Positions 1-25,192 of a stretch of 64,000 nt of DNA are shown in pieces. Both the position numbers and the translations under genes were made by a program. The stretch is from Lingula anatina (taxonomy: Eukaryota; Animalia; Brachiopoda): NCBI GenBank assembly GCA_051362555.1, contig CM120641.1:22568001-22632000 (forward strand). The letters run 5' to 3'. How positions within the stretch are numbered: position 1 is the first letter of the stretch; the number at the start of each line of letters is the position of its first letter. The notes beneath the pieces are model-generated. The model was not told the DNA's origin, did not search any database, and worked only from the letters and a program-made list of their open reading frames with translations.

Positions 1-13546
<13,546 letters not shown>

Positions 13547-13599
13547 CTTCTATTTGTAAAATTCCGTTTAGGTGTGCAGCGTGTCGTCACTTTCCATTT

Positions 13600-13660
13600 T
13601 TGTATTATTGCTCACATGACCAAAACAAGCGACTGGCTAGCGGCCGCCATATTTACGCCC
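13600..13660 (-). promoter_or_regulatory. Myosin V proximal promoter / 5' UTR motifs
   Basis: CpG-richer patch 60-110 bp upstream of the ATG, with a YY1-like GCCGCCATATT (~13643-13653) and a TCACATGA E-box (~13612-13619). Motif match only. Confidence 0.45.
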
Positions 13661-13745
13661 CCGATGACAGGCGTGAAAGTCCGAGATCCCGCTAGGAGGC
13701 TTTTTCGTGGCACAAGACAAGACTAGTCGATACTAATCAAACGAT

Positions 13746-13746
<1 letters not shown>

Positions 13747-13793
<47 letters not shown>

Positions 13794-13803
13794 TGTGTAT
13801 CAA

Positions 13804-13870
<67 letters not shown>
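13747..13870. repeat. Facing (AAT)n and (ATT)n microsatellites
   Basis: (TAA)n at 13747-13793 and (ATT)n at 13804-13870, separated by ~10 bp; the two tracts are mutually complementary. Confidence 0.95.
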
Positions 13871-13871
<1 letters not shown>

Positions 13872-15987
13872 CTCGACGTTTTATGTGCACTTTGTGTATC
13901 AAATATATGTAACACCAATGATAGTTCAAATAGTTCAAACTACATGCATTTCTAAAAAAATCTCAACAGTTTCTCAAAGTGCTGTTATCTGAAAGGCAAT
14001 GGCTTGTAAATGAAAAATTAAATAGCTTGGAAAAAATGTTTGAATCTGTTTTGATTAATTTAAAAGTAATAATTAATGAACAAGCTGAACTAGTACTCAA
14101 ACATGCAAAAAGGATACCTTTCATAATCATTAAATTTTTTTAAAGCAATTTCATTAAAAAAGAATCAGAAAAAATAATTCCCTATGAAAATATACCATAT
14201 TTCTTTTTATTTCATTTCACATATTTCCTTTCTGAAAAAGTGACATTTTTTTAAATCTGTACACCACCTCTCAATGAAAATGACTGCAGTTCACTGTACT
14301 TTAAACCTTCATCATTTTTTCAAAGTTTTTACAGCCATGCTAACATTTCAATATGCAATATGAAGTTTAAAGGGGTATACTTAATTTTCTTCTAAATATA
14401 AATGGTGTAGTAATTATGAATCCTATAACTATGGGAAATTAATTGCACTATCAAATTTTTTATGCCTTTTGGCACAGTATTGCATCTTCTGTCAGAACCA
14501 AATGGCTGAAAGATGGTTGCCAAATTATCATGAGATACTTGCAAATGTCTGCGGAAGAACTATTCTGTGACCTCACACAAACTTAAAATGAGGCCTTTAA
14601 TTGATAATTCAAACATGTAGATACTTAAAAAACATTTTAGCTTAGATACAAACATGTTCTTAATAATATTTCTATAAGGGCAGATTACATTTGTTCTAAA
14701 AAATGGATTCTGTTAATTGTAACAATTATTAAAATAATCAATTACTTAAGTAGTTCACAAAAATTAATTAGTATATTCCCTTGCTTCTTTTAATTTTTTG
14801 CAAAAACAAAATACTTGTTCAGTAAGGAAAGTTATCTAACACATGTACATGGCAAGCCTCACTTTTTCTAATTAAAAGTTAACACTAAAAAAAGATACAC
14901 AAAATCATTCTATAAATTTACAAATCTATTTAAATCACAACAAATTATAACTTTATAAAACAGTATTTTTACAGGACATTTATCCAAATTCAACTGCTGT
15001 GGTGAAAAATATACTGAATGCAGCTATCACAAGCAGCACATACGACACATGTACCACACTTCTCCTACTGAGAGTACAGTAAACTGCTTCAGGCAGTGTA
15101 CGTGTTTCATATCTATCATTTTGATAAATATTATGACTTAAAGAGTATACACCCTTCTTTCAAACATCTACCTAATGAACTCTTTTTATCAAAACCACAA
15201 AAGCCACAAATCACTATATCCACCGCGCTGAAAACAGACATGGTCACTTTCACTTTTGCTTTCAGCATTAATGATTTTATCCTATAGATGGCGAAAAAGT
15301 GCATGCATATGTTTCCGAAAAAGTGTTCATAATATTTGTGTCATATGCAATACAAAGAGCTCAAGAAGAGACCAAGAAATTTATAAAGAATAAGAATATG
15401 TGAAACTTTTCAGTGTTCATGTCCTCTTCTATTGCTCATATTCATAGAGACCGGGTACTGGAGTAGCTTTTCTTGAAGTATGTTAAATGCCGCTTCCTTC
15501 TTCCTTTTCCCGTCTCTACGTAAACAGGTACATCAAGACTTCTAAATTATTTTATTGGGTTTGTGTAAATGTATACTGTCTCCACTGGTTACTTAGAATG
15601 CAAACAATATAGTGACGCCATACGTAAACAATTTACTGGTATAAAAGCGTAGACACATTATACTTAACTAAGTACATTACTGTAACCGGTAGTGCTTAAA
15701 AAGTTTTTTTATCTGTACTACATGGCACACGTAGAAATTATTGTACATGTAATACATGTAACATCGTACAGCATTGCCTTAATTTTGCATTCTTCTGCAA
15801 TCTAAATTGCCTGATGTGGTAAATTACAGACTAAGGGATTCGTATTTTAATATGGACATTCGGACCTGGCTTTAATTGTTAACTTTAACTGACTGTAAGT
15901 ACATGTACATGTAATATGATTAAATCAAGCAATATTGGCTCTGCTTATATATATTTATAGGGTTGATATTCAGTGTTTAAGTTGAAG

Positions 15988-18900
15988 ATGGATGACACAG
16001 AAACTGACACTCCTCCCAGCAGAGGAGGATTCGTAGATTTAGGGAAAGATAAAAGGTAATTGATCGAAATTATTTGTGCTGTAATAAAAATTAATGTATA
16101 TACTCAGTACTATATAAGTACTAGTACTAGTAGCACAAACTATCATGTCCTGGATCTATGAGGCCTCATGCACTGATTTAATGTTATGGATGACATCCTG
16201 TTGAGAACCAAAAACTAACACTAGAGGACCAAAAAAAATCCTGTTAAATTGAAGGAGAACACAGCTGGAACCACGTGCCAGACACAGTGTATCAAACAAG
16301 CAACACATCTCTTAACACAAACATCTTCACATGTTAATTATTCTAGATGATTTTTAAAAGGATAAAATTACTGGTCCGAGAACCAAGGGGGTCATCTGGT
16401 CCTCTGCTACCGAGTCTAGCCAATTTAATCGAAGTGACACATGCACACAACCTGTAGGTGTAATTTATTATTTGATTACAAGCCAAGAGAGAATACACAT
16501 TAATGATAGTATACTCCTTTAGTTCCAATTGAATCAGATTTGATATTTAGTTCTTGTATGATATTTTTGCTACTTTAGTGATAATATTAGATTATTTGTT
16601 TTTATCTTAGGCCAGACAAACAGGTGGCTCATGTAAGAGCAGGTCCAGAGAATGAATATCCAATGGACTATAGATACATGGGAAAAGCAATCATATTCAA
16701 CATCATGGAGTTTAAAGGCAGTGACATTAAAAGGTACAATGAGACAAAATTAGTCTAAGTTTAGATTTCATTTGGTTGCCATTAGTCCTTTTTTTTTTTG
16801 CTTCATTTTAATTGTTTATTTTTTGAATATTAATACCCAAAGATGAGAGCGCATATCATTTTCAGCTCTTAAAGAAATTCAGAGTAAGATTAACAGGAGC
16901 AGATCCAGAAATATTGTCTGACAGTCTTCCAAATAATCTTCCTTGATCCATCCATTTTTGACTGTCCTCTGACAAAAAAAAATTAGATACCTGTCAATGT
17001 AATCTTGAAAATCTGACCCGTCTTCCTTAGGATATCTGTAGGATAAAGTGGTTGAGTTTTCATGGATTCAAACTTTTTGTTATTATAAGATGAAAAACAA
17101 ACATTCAATTCTTATGAATCTGCCATTGATGTAAATAACCTTCTCCTATTGGTAAACTTTGTCATAGACCACTTAATAATTGATTTAAATCTCTTAATAA
17201 TTGTCAGTTTGAAAGGGGTTTTTTTTATAGATACTGGTACATTTTTTAATTGAAGACAATATTTTGTAGCATGTTCATGAATAGGACTTTTTTAAGTTAA
17301 AGTAGCCTTCCTACTTATACCAGTAGAATTTTCAAGTAGGTGTGGACATTTATCATTTACATACCCTAACGAAAAAGTCCTGTAGAACCCTATAAGATCC
17401 TATAGGAAATTGGGCCAATTTCCTATAGAATCCTATAGGATCTTATAGGATCCTATAAGACTTAATATATGTTTAATTTCAGGAAAGATGTGGATGCTGC
17501 AAAATTATATGGAAAATTGGAAGATCTAAAGTTTCAGGTGTCGCTAAAAAACAATTTTTCAGCTGAGGAGATAAAAGATTGTCTTGCAAGAGGTACATGT
17601 ATGACAGGTTTAATGATAAATGCTAAAATAAAAATCATTATAATGATTTATATTTAAGATTGCAATCCAGAGGGTTGAGGTTGTATATGAAATTTAAAGA
17701 GCATTGCAATCATAATGAAATGCTTCATGTTTGAATGAAACTACCCATTAGTTAAAAGACTGCTTCTGGAGCTTCATAACTACTGACCATGAAATACAAT
17801 AATGCATTTTACTATGTGAAATTTAAAAAAAACATATGGAATAATGGAGGAATGAAATCTTTATGTATTGGAATTTGGCACATAATATCTCATTTTCTGT
17901 TGTTTGGTCTTAAAAATGATTGGATTGCTAAAAAAATTGATTTAAGTTCAGTTTGTCTGAGGGTTCATTTATTTTGTAAAAGAAAGTTTTGCACAGATCT
18001 TCTCTTATTTTATCTAAAGTTCTTATAAGCATATTTGACTGGGTCAGAGCTAAACCATAATGTAAATTGGGGAAGTTATCCTCAGTGCACAACTTTGGAC
18101 ACAATTGAAGAGTATACGTTGCTCTACGCAATAGTCCGTGTACCACACTTGGCAGGCATATTCTAGAATTGAGTGCACAGTTCTTTGGTAAATTCGGAGT
18201 TCTGAGCTTGTCTCATTTCAGTTGATGGAAAAAAGTCTTGCAAATGCTTTTTTTATACATGTATGATCCGCATGAGTACCACATTTCAGATCATTGCTTA
18301 TATAGGTGCCAAGAAGCTTGAGTTCAGATTGGGATATTATGTGTTACTATTGGTGGGAGGTCTGGCATAGAGTGTGTAAAATTTTGAGTCAAGCTTTTTG
18401 ATTTTTGTGGCATTAAACTTGATGTCATTGTTCTCTGTCCTCTGCATGATTTTGTTAGATGCACTCTGCAGTTAATCTGCATGGACCCTTGATGTTTCAT
18501 AAGAAATATATGTCTTGTTATGTTAAATCACTGCCAAAATATTTTTGTAAATAATGTAAAAAACATTGTTTAATTTTAGTTGCTAAGGAAAATCACCAAG
18601 ATATGGCATGTTTTATGTGTATCATATTGACCCGTGGGAGGGAAGGTCTCATCCTTGGTAAAGATCGGTCTATCCCAGTGGAAGAGTTGCTTCAACCTTT
18701 CAAAGGAAACAAATGTCCCTCCTTGGCTGGAAAACCCAAGATTTTCCTCATTCAGGTATGTACATTACAGATTGATGATCATCTGTTTTATTCAAGTTAA
18801 AGATCCATTTAAAGTCGAATTTCTGCCACAAATCCCAAACTTCAAAGGAAATCAATGTCCATATTTAGTTGGAATTTTTTCTCTAATCAGGTAATGTGCA

Positions 18901-20807
18901 ATATGTTACAGATTGGTGGGCAACTGTTTTATTCAAATTCAAGATGCATTTTAAGTCAAATTTCTGCTGCAAAACAGGACCAAAAACCACTAATACCAAT
19001 GGACATTGTTTTATATTTCCAGAAAAATTATATTTGAACGTACATTTTCTATTTTTTTCTATGCTATAAATATCCCACAGCAGTTTCATTTGAATAAGTA
19101 TACAGTCCCATGCGCAACTATATGTCAATACATGGGAGTGAGAGTGATGAATATGAAATGTGCTCGCTGTAGTACATAATTAAGCAGATAATGAACTGGA
19201 GGGACAGATAAATAGGTCAATTTACAACCAAAAATTTGAAGAAATTTCAGTTTTCAATTTTTTAGCTAAATGAGAGCTTAATTTGGTTTATGACTTGGCA
19301 TGTCAACTTTATTTTAGTCTAAATAAGAAACTTGCAAGTATGGTTTTTATACCTTATTGGGAGTCCACGCTTGCTTAATATTTATCTTTAAGTGCTTCCT
19401 ACTCATTTTGATACAATATTATGTTATTTAGACCGCATTCTCAACGAATTGAGCCAGGCTTTACAAATCCTGAGAACAAAAAATGGCGGACGTACATGAA
19501 AGAAAAACCGCCTAATCTTTTAATAGTCTCTCCGCCTCTCACACGCCTCCCCACATGTCGTCCCTGCGGGGTACAGTAATTAAATCTCGGCTCCGAACAT
19601 GAATATCTCCGTGAATATCTCTGGTGATATTATCTCCGTAGATAGTCGATTCATTGCTGCTCTACGGGCCAATTCATTCCTTTTTCATCTCTGTTTTGAA
19701 AGATAATAGAACAGAAGAGCTTTTTTCCTTCGCTCGCCTTTAGCCGCCATGCTTTCTTCACCACGAGTTTAACTGATGAGCATGCGCAGTTAATATTTCT
19801 CAGGTAGCTTCCGCATGGCGAACGGAGCCGAGATTTAATTACTGTACCCCGCAGGGACGACGTGTGGGGAGGCGTGTGAGAGGCGGAGAGACTATAAAAA
19901 GATTAGGCGGTTTTTCTTTCATGTACGTCTGCCATTTTTAGTTCTCAGGATTTGTAAAGCCTGGCTCAATTCGTTGAGAATGCGGCCTTAGAGACTTACA
20001 ATAGGCATTTGAAAATGTTCTTAGGTATTCATGTATTACATAACACTGAGTCTTGAAGAGTTAAATTTCCATTTAAATTATTTTGACATAAATAATATCA
20101 ACACTGAAATGTAATTTTTTTTTTTCATTTTCCCAGGCAGATCAGGATATTACATTTGAAAAAGAAAGTGCAGATTTTTTTCCACTAGGAACAAAATATA
20201 AACCTGAAGAGACAAAGAAATACCGTATTCCAGCAGAGGCCGATTTTTTGGTAGCCACCTCTGTGATTCCAGGTACACTTATAAGTTCTTCCAGCTTAAT
20301 GTTTTGTAAATATCAAAATTATATGTAATATTTATAGTATAAATGTTGTTCCTTCAAAACAAATAGACATTTTGCAGGGGAAATAATCATTCTTTATCCC
20401 CAGTAGAAAATTTCATTTATTTCATAAAAATGAAGTTATCATCATAATACAAGTTTTTTCTCTTGTCTAACAAGATATTTTATCATTAGATCATTATTTC
20501 TGTCAATTTATTAGGAAAATGGTCATGGGACATAACTATGCCTACAGCAAGTCATTTCAAAAAATACAAAAATGCCTCTTGTTTCATACATCATCTTTGT
20601 GAGATGCTTGAAAAGGAAAGCGAGCAGGAGGAGGAGAGTGAGAGGTTGGACCTTTTAACCCTGTTAATGCGTGTATCCCAACTGGCGACTTGTGATGTCC
20701 AGCAGGCTCTTGGGGACACCCATAAAGCTCTCTTTGAGGAATATGATTTAATACCATGTGTCACTTCAACACTGACCAAGGACATTATATTTCCTATCAG
20801 TGATTAG
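15988..20807 (+). CDS. Caspase-3/7-like pseudo-caspase, ~301 aa, catalytic His and Cys both replaced
   Basis: Exons 15988-16055, 16611-16733, 17483-17592, 18580-18755, 20137-20272 and 20515-20807 join in one frame (906 nt). Caspase motifs: YPMDYRYMGKAIIFN, CFMCIILTRG (normally SHG), FKGNKCPSLAGKPKIFLIQ|ADQD (normally QACRG), RIPAEADFLVA, IPCVTSTLTKDIIF. Confidence 0.85.
18030..18470 (-). mobile_element. Decayed CR1/L2-group LINE fragment (RT C-terminal region)
   Basis: Minus strand reads, with frameshifts and stops, KLLGTYISNDLK..H, TVHSILEYACQVW, VQSCALR..PNLHYGLAL, resembling the CR1/L2 consensus RSVLEYACPVW..QKRALRII. Confidence 0.7.
19431..19987. mobile_element. PIF/Harbinger-type MITE with 165-bp TIRs, in pseudo-caspase intron 4
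   Basis: Arms 19431-19595 and 19823-19987 are near-perfect reverse complements; TTA direct repeat at 19428-19430 and 19988-19990; termini G(A/G)CCGC. Confidence 0.85.
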
Positions 20808-21949
20808 ATCACTTATTGACAATTAAGACATCAGAACACAAAGAATATGTTTTCTCAAAATAAAATCAATATTGACTTATAATAAAAAATGACAGACAAA
20901 ACTCATTATGATTTTTCTATGGAGGCAAACTGATTTTATTTTCTCTTAAAGCATCTGTCCCATACATATATAACTGGCATCATACTTTTAAAATCATGAA
21001 AATATATCATTACATTTCTTAGCATCCATCTCTGCTTTGTCTATAGTATCCCTTCACAAACAGGAATTGCACATTACAGTCGAAACTCCTCCTCTGCAAC
21101 TCCACATGCCTTGAATTCTTTGAATTTTGATAATATTGTTATTATGCAGTGGGCTAGTTTACTTAAGCATTAATTACCAAATACTTTAATTAAATTAAAA
21201 AAAACTATAATTATACAGCTGTTATATATAATAATTCAGATAACAATACCCACATTTCCTAGAAAAAAATGGTTCTGTAAGTGTTTTTCCATACAAACCC
21301 TGTTCTCTTTTAAACAGTTAATTATTCTCTTCTGGAAGTTGTGGAAAACTAGAAATGGGATGCCACAAAATACATGCCTATTTTTTTCTACCATGAAAAT
21401 CATATATTTTGTATAAAAAATAATTGCTAATTGCAATGTACAGTCTAGCAATTATAAGGAGTTACAGTGATATGATGTTGAAATTATTATTTTTAGTATT
21501 TTTTTTTGTCTAGTTGTACATTTACAAGGACATTAAGTGTTTTCTGTGCAAAATATAGTACATTAATAAAAGCTACTAAATTTATGCCTTTTGCATAATA
21601 CATAAAAAAGCTTCAATCAAATATTTTAACCAGTGAGACAAAAAATTTAATGTCTCCTATATTAATTTTAGACCCTGTCAAAACAGCCTTACGTGAATTT
21701 TAGAACTGGTGAAGAATCTTGCAAGCATATCAGTTGACAAATATATTTTGTATTCCGCTTTATGCAATAAATTTGTACAAAACCCTATAGTGTGTGTTGT
21801 GGTCTTCCTACTGATCTTATACACATTGTATGCCATGGTATGCTCTAATTTTTTTTTTTTTTTTTTGGTATATAAATGATAACCACCAAATCCAAGAGAG
21901 GGTCAAGTGGTACATTTACCACTATTTTGTCCTGCTGCAAACTGTTAAA

Positions 21950-24879
21950 TTAATGCCAAATTGTCTTTGGTCGAAAGTATACTTCTTTATGTAATTTTGA
22001 GACAACACTGCACACTGACTTCTTTCCACTCAAATGTTCTTTATTTGGATTGTAAGATTCATATTCTGTAGCCATGACGTGGGCAGTACGTGTAAGCATG
22101 TGCTGGAATCCCATTGTGGTGCCATACTTCTCTATCACGCTGCATAAACTTTGAATAAACCAAGAGCCTTTCTTCTTTCTAAAAGCAAAAAAGCCTGAAA
22201 TTTAAATATACAGTACACGTGTTAATGGTACATATACAAAGCAAGATACATTGTATGTTAAAATAATTCAAACTGTAAGTTGGTTGCTGGAAAACAGCTC
22301 CATGTTTAAAAGAAAAAAGACAAAAGCAATTTATTATGCTGTGCTGCCTTTCAGAGCAAACATTTCAATTTTTAGACAGGCTGGTACATTAAGACCTGTA
22401 CAGAGTGTACTAGTATGCAGGCACTTGCATATTGAATAAATGTTCTAGGAGTACTTATCACATAGGGGGCATTCCCATAGATTTTAGATCTATCTATCCC
22501 AGTGGGGAGTCTCACTAGATTACTGTCCGATAATCAGGCTTTAATGTCTGTCCCGCCTACTACAAGCTGTTGGGGGGTAATTAACTGTCGTGCACGATCG
22601 GCTGACAGCTATTTAGCGTTAACCCCCAAGGAGTTAGGTCTATCTAGTTGGATCGATCTAATCTCTGGGAATGGGGTCATAGATCAAAATTTGCAGTTAG
22701 GACAGGCTCGGGTAATAACCACATCAAAGACATTACCTGGAGGAGTTCCATATACAGTTATGAAATTATTAAAGATAGGTATGTCTCTCTGTATTGCAGG
22801 ATTGCTCATGTCAGCATCATCAGGAACATCAATGGTACCAGCTGGTGCATCACACACATCATAATCCTGGTCACAAATCTCTTCAATCTCAACTCCATCA
22901 TCTAGTTTATAACCACGGCAAGCCTGCAGGACAAAACAGTATGGGTCATTTTTTTTTAAACCAAATCACTACTGTTACAAACCCATATTTACATGCTTTT
23001 GAGATAATTAAGGGCTCACTCCCAATGACACTATCATTCTACATAGTTCAATCCAACTCTGCGGGAACTATAGCTGAATTAAATCAGTTTAAAGCAATAA
23101 TAACTCTTTGTTTTGGCCAAAAAATGAATTTTCCTGGAGTAAACATCAATTTTCCCATACTTACCAATGGTTAATGAATCCATTTTTACATTCAAAGATA
23201 GTCCCTGTTTTTTTTCTAAAAAGTTTGGTTTTTTGTTAAAATCTCTTAAGAGATTTTAACAGAGTATAGACATCAATGGAGGTCACGTGGTCTAAAGACA
23301 AGTTCAGATATCAGAATAATAGTTATAACTGCTGTTTTTGTGGTAAAACAGAATATATTATATTTCTATGAGTTATTCACAAGGTTTTTATTGTGAAATA
23401 TAGATCTCATACGAAGAGTTATTATCCCTTTAACTGATTAACACGCCTCCTTTTATTTCCAACATACTCGTACAATCACCAGCTTTACTGTATTCTACTC
23501 GACACCAGAAAGAAGAGTGTTAATCTCTTCATCTAATTGCTGTTCACCAACAAGAGTCCCCGTAGAGTATATATATACATCTATGTAAAATGGGAATGAG
23601 CCTTTAGACTCTTCGACGCAGTTAAGTATGCTTAACTATAGAGGTGCACTGTGAGAGATAGATAACTGAATGCTCTCTAAGTGTACTATTCAATGTAAAA
23701 GGGCGCCTTAAGCAGAGAGAATGGAATTGCAGTCTTTTTAAAAATTGGACTATGTATTTTTATAATTCATTCATTTTTTTTGTCACTGTTTTGTGGGAAG
23801 GGGGGGTTGTTTGGTATGCCTAACAAATGAAGGTTTCAGCTATTACATGCTAACATTGAGCTTTGAATAGGGAAAATGAGCATTGACAATGGTATAATTT
23901 ACCTGCAAGAGAAATATTTTTGGTTTTCCCCTCAAGGTGGGGCACTTGTTGTCTCTAAAAAGTTCCAAAAGCAGCTTGATATGGATGGGCCTATTGTCTG
24001 TTCCATACACCATTCCATGCATTGAAACAATGCTATCACCACTGGCATCCGCAATAGGGGGACCCTGTAGCTCACCCCCATGACTGAATATGGCACAAGC
24101 AAAGCAATCTGAGTCTAAGTGATTCTCCCTGGATGCTAAATAAATAAATTCTTGATGAAAATTAGTCTGCACTTTTATAGAAATGGTTATGATTCTCTTT
24201 CAGTTTTCAAACAACAATACTAAATATCCCACCACAACAAAAAAAAAAGCAATTCTTTGTAGGTAAATTAAGTTAAGTTAAGGCTGAAGTTAAATTAAAG
24301 ATATGATAAAGTATTATTACTCTTACCACTTTTCTACCCCTGCACCAAAGAGCAAAAACAAAAAGTTCCAGAATTATTTCCATTTTTAAAAGCATTAATT
24401 GCTTACCTTTGAACAAAGTGTGATACATAGCAGATGCAGTCAAATTTCGAAGGACTCTAATGTCTTTGAAGCCCAATGTTTTAAATGCCTGGTATAGCGA
24501 CTTTTCATCTCTTCTGGATCCTACAATTGAAAATAACAATATATAATTATATATTATATTCTCTCAGTGAAACACAATAAAATGATATAACTTACTACAT
24601 AATAAACTTTCCATATAATAACTTTATAATAAACAACAATATCCAAGATTTTGCATTTGAAATCAAATTTTTGCTACAAAACCAACAATTAAGTGCCACT
24701 TTAAAGTTTAAAATTATATAACTTAGAGAAATGACATCATTTCATATTTTCCCAGAAATGATCCCTTGTTTACCATCTCTATTTTTTTCTGCATCATTTT
24801 CAAAAGTCTCATTATTGATGATAATTGCTACACCACGTGATTTGTTGCTGAAGTCATATTCCCAGTTTGTTTGGTCCAT
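21950..24879 (-). CDS. Caspase-3/7-like cysteine protease, ~294 aa, predicted active, essentially no prodomain
   Basis: Exons 24774-24879, 24407-24520, 23903-24135, 22737-22923 and 21950-22194 join in frame (885 nt). Motifs YDFSNKSRGVAIIINN, RDGS, CFACAIFSHG, KCPTLRGKPKIFLLQ|ACRG, GFFAFRKKKGSWFIQSLC. In-frame TGA upstream of ATG 24879; probable non-coding exon with donor at ~24974. Confidence 0.88.
22470..22673. mobile_element. Small MITE-like insertion in a caspase intron
   Basis: Imperfect TIRs CATTCCCATAGATTTTAGATC / GATCTAATCTCTGGGAATG; GGG on both flanks may be a TSD. Confidence 0.5.
23012..23603. mobile_element. Non-autonomous Kolobok-like element (592 bp)
   Basis: TTAA+GGGCTCACTCCCA at left; TGGGAATGAGCCT+TTAG at right (11/13 TIR match). 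Shares a ~50-bp subterminal block (23121-23170) with the element at 48845. Confidence 0.6.
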
Positions 24880-25192
24880 GTTTACTGATCAACGCGGGCA
24901 ACCACTGAAAAATTAAAAAATATACATTTTAAAATCATTATGCACGGGTGTGTGTGAGGCCTTTGGGCCCTTACCTGTCGTGAGCACAATGCACCTAGCA
25001 TGTAAGGCCTGACAAAAGTGTGAGAGCTGAGAAAGAGAGAAAGGGGGCGACAAAAAAAGAAAAAGACGTATAGAGTTTAAATTGTCAGTTCTAGACACAA
25101 ACGGAATCACACGAAACAGTGTGCCAACAAACCCACTGAATTAAAAAAATCAGTGCTGGTGTATTAGATTCTTCTTAACTTGGCATGTATAT

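Noticed and set aside
13723-13992. Poly-Asn / poly-Ile / poly-Leu ORFs
   Set aside because: Read-through of AAT/ATT microsatellites.
15988-20807. Calling the + caspase an ordinary pseudogene
   Set aside because: All six exons keep canonical splice sites and one uninterrupted frame, which fits a maintained pseudoenzyme better.
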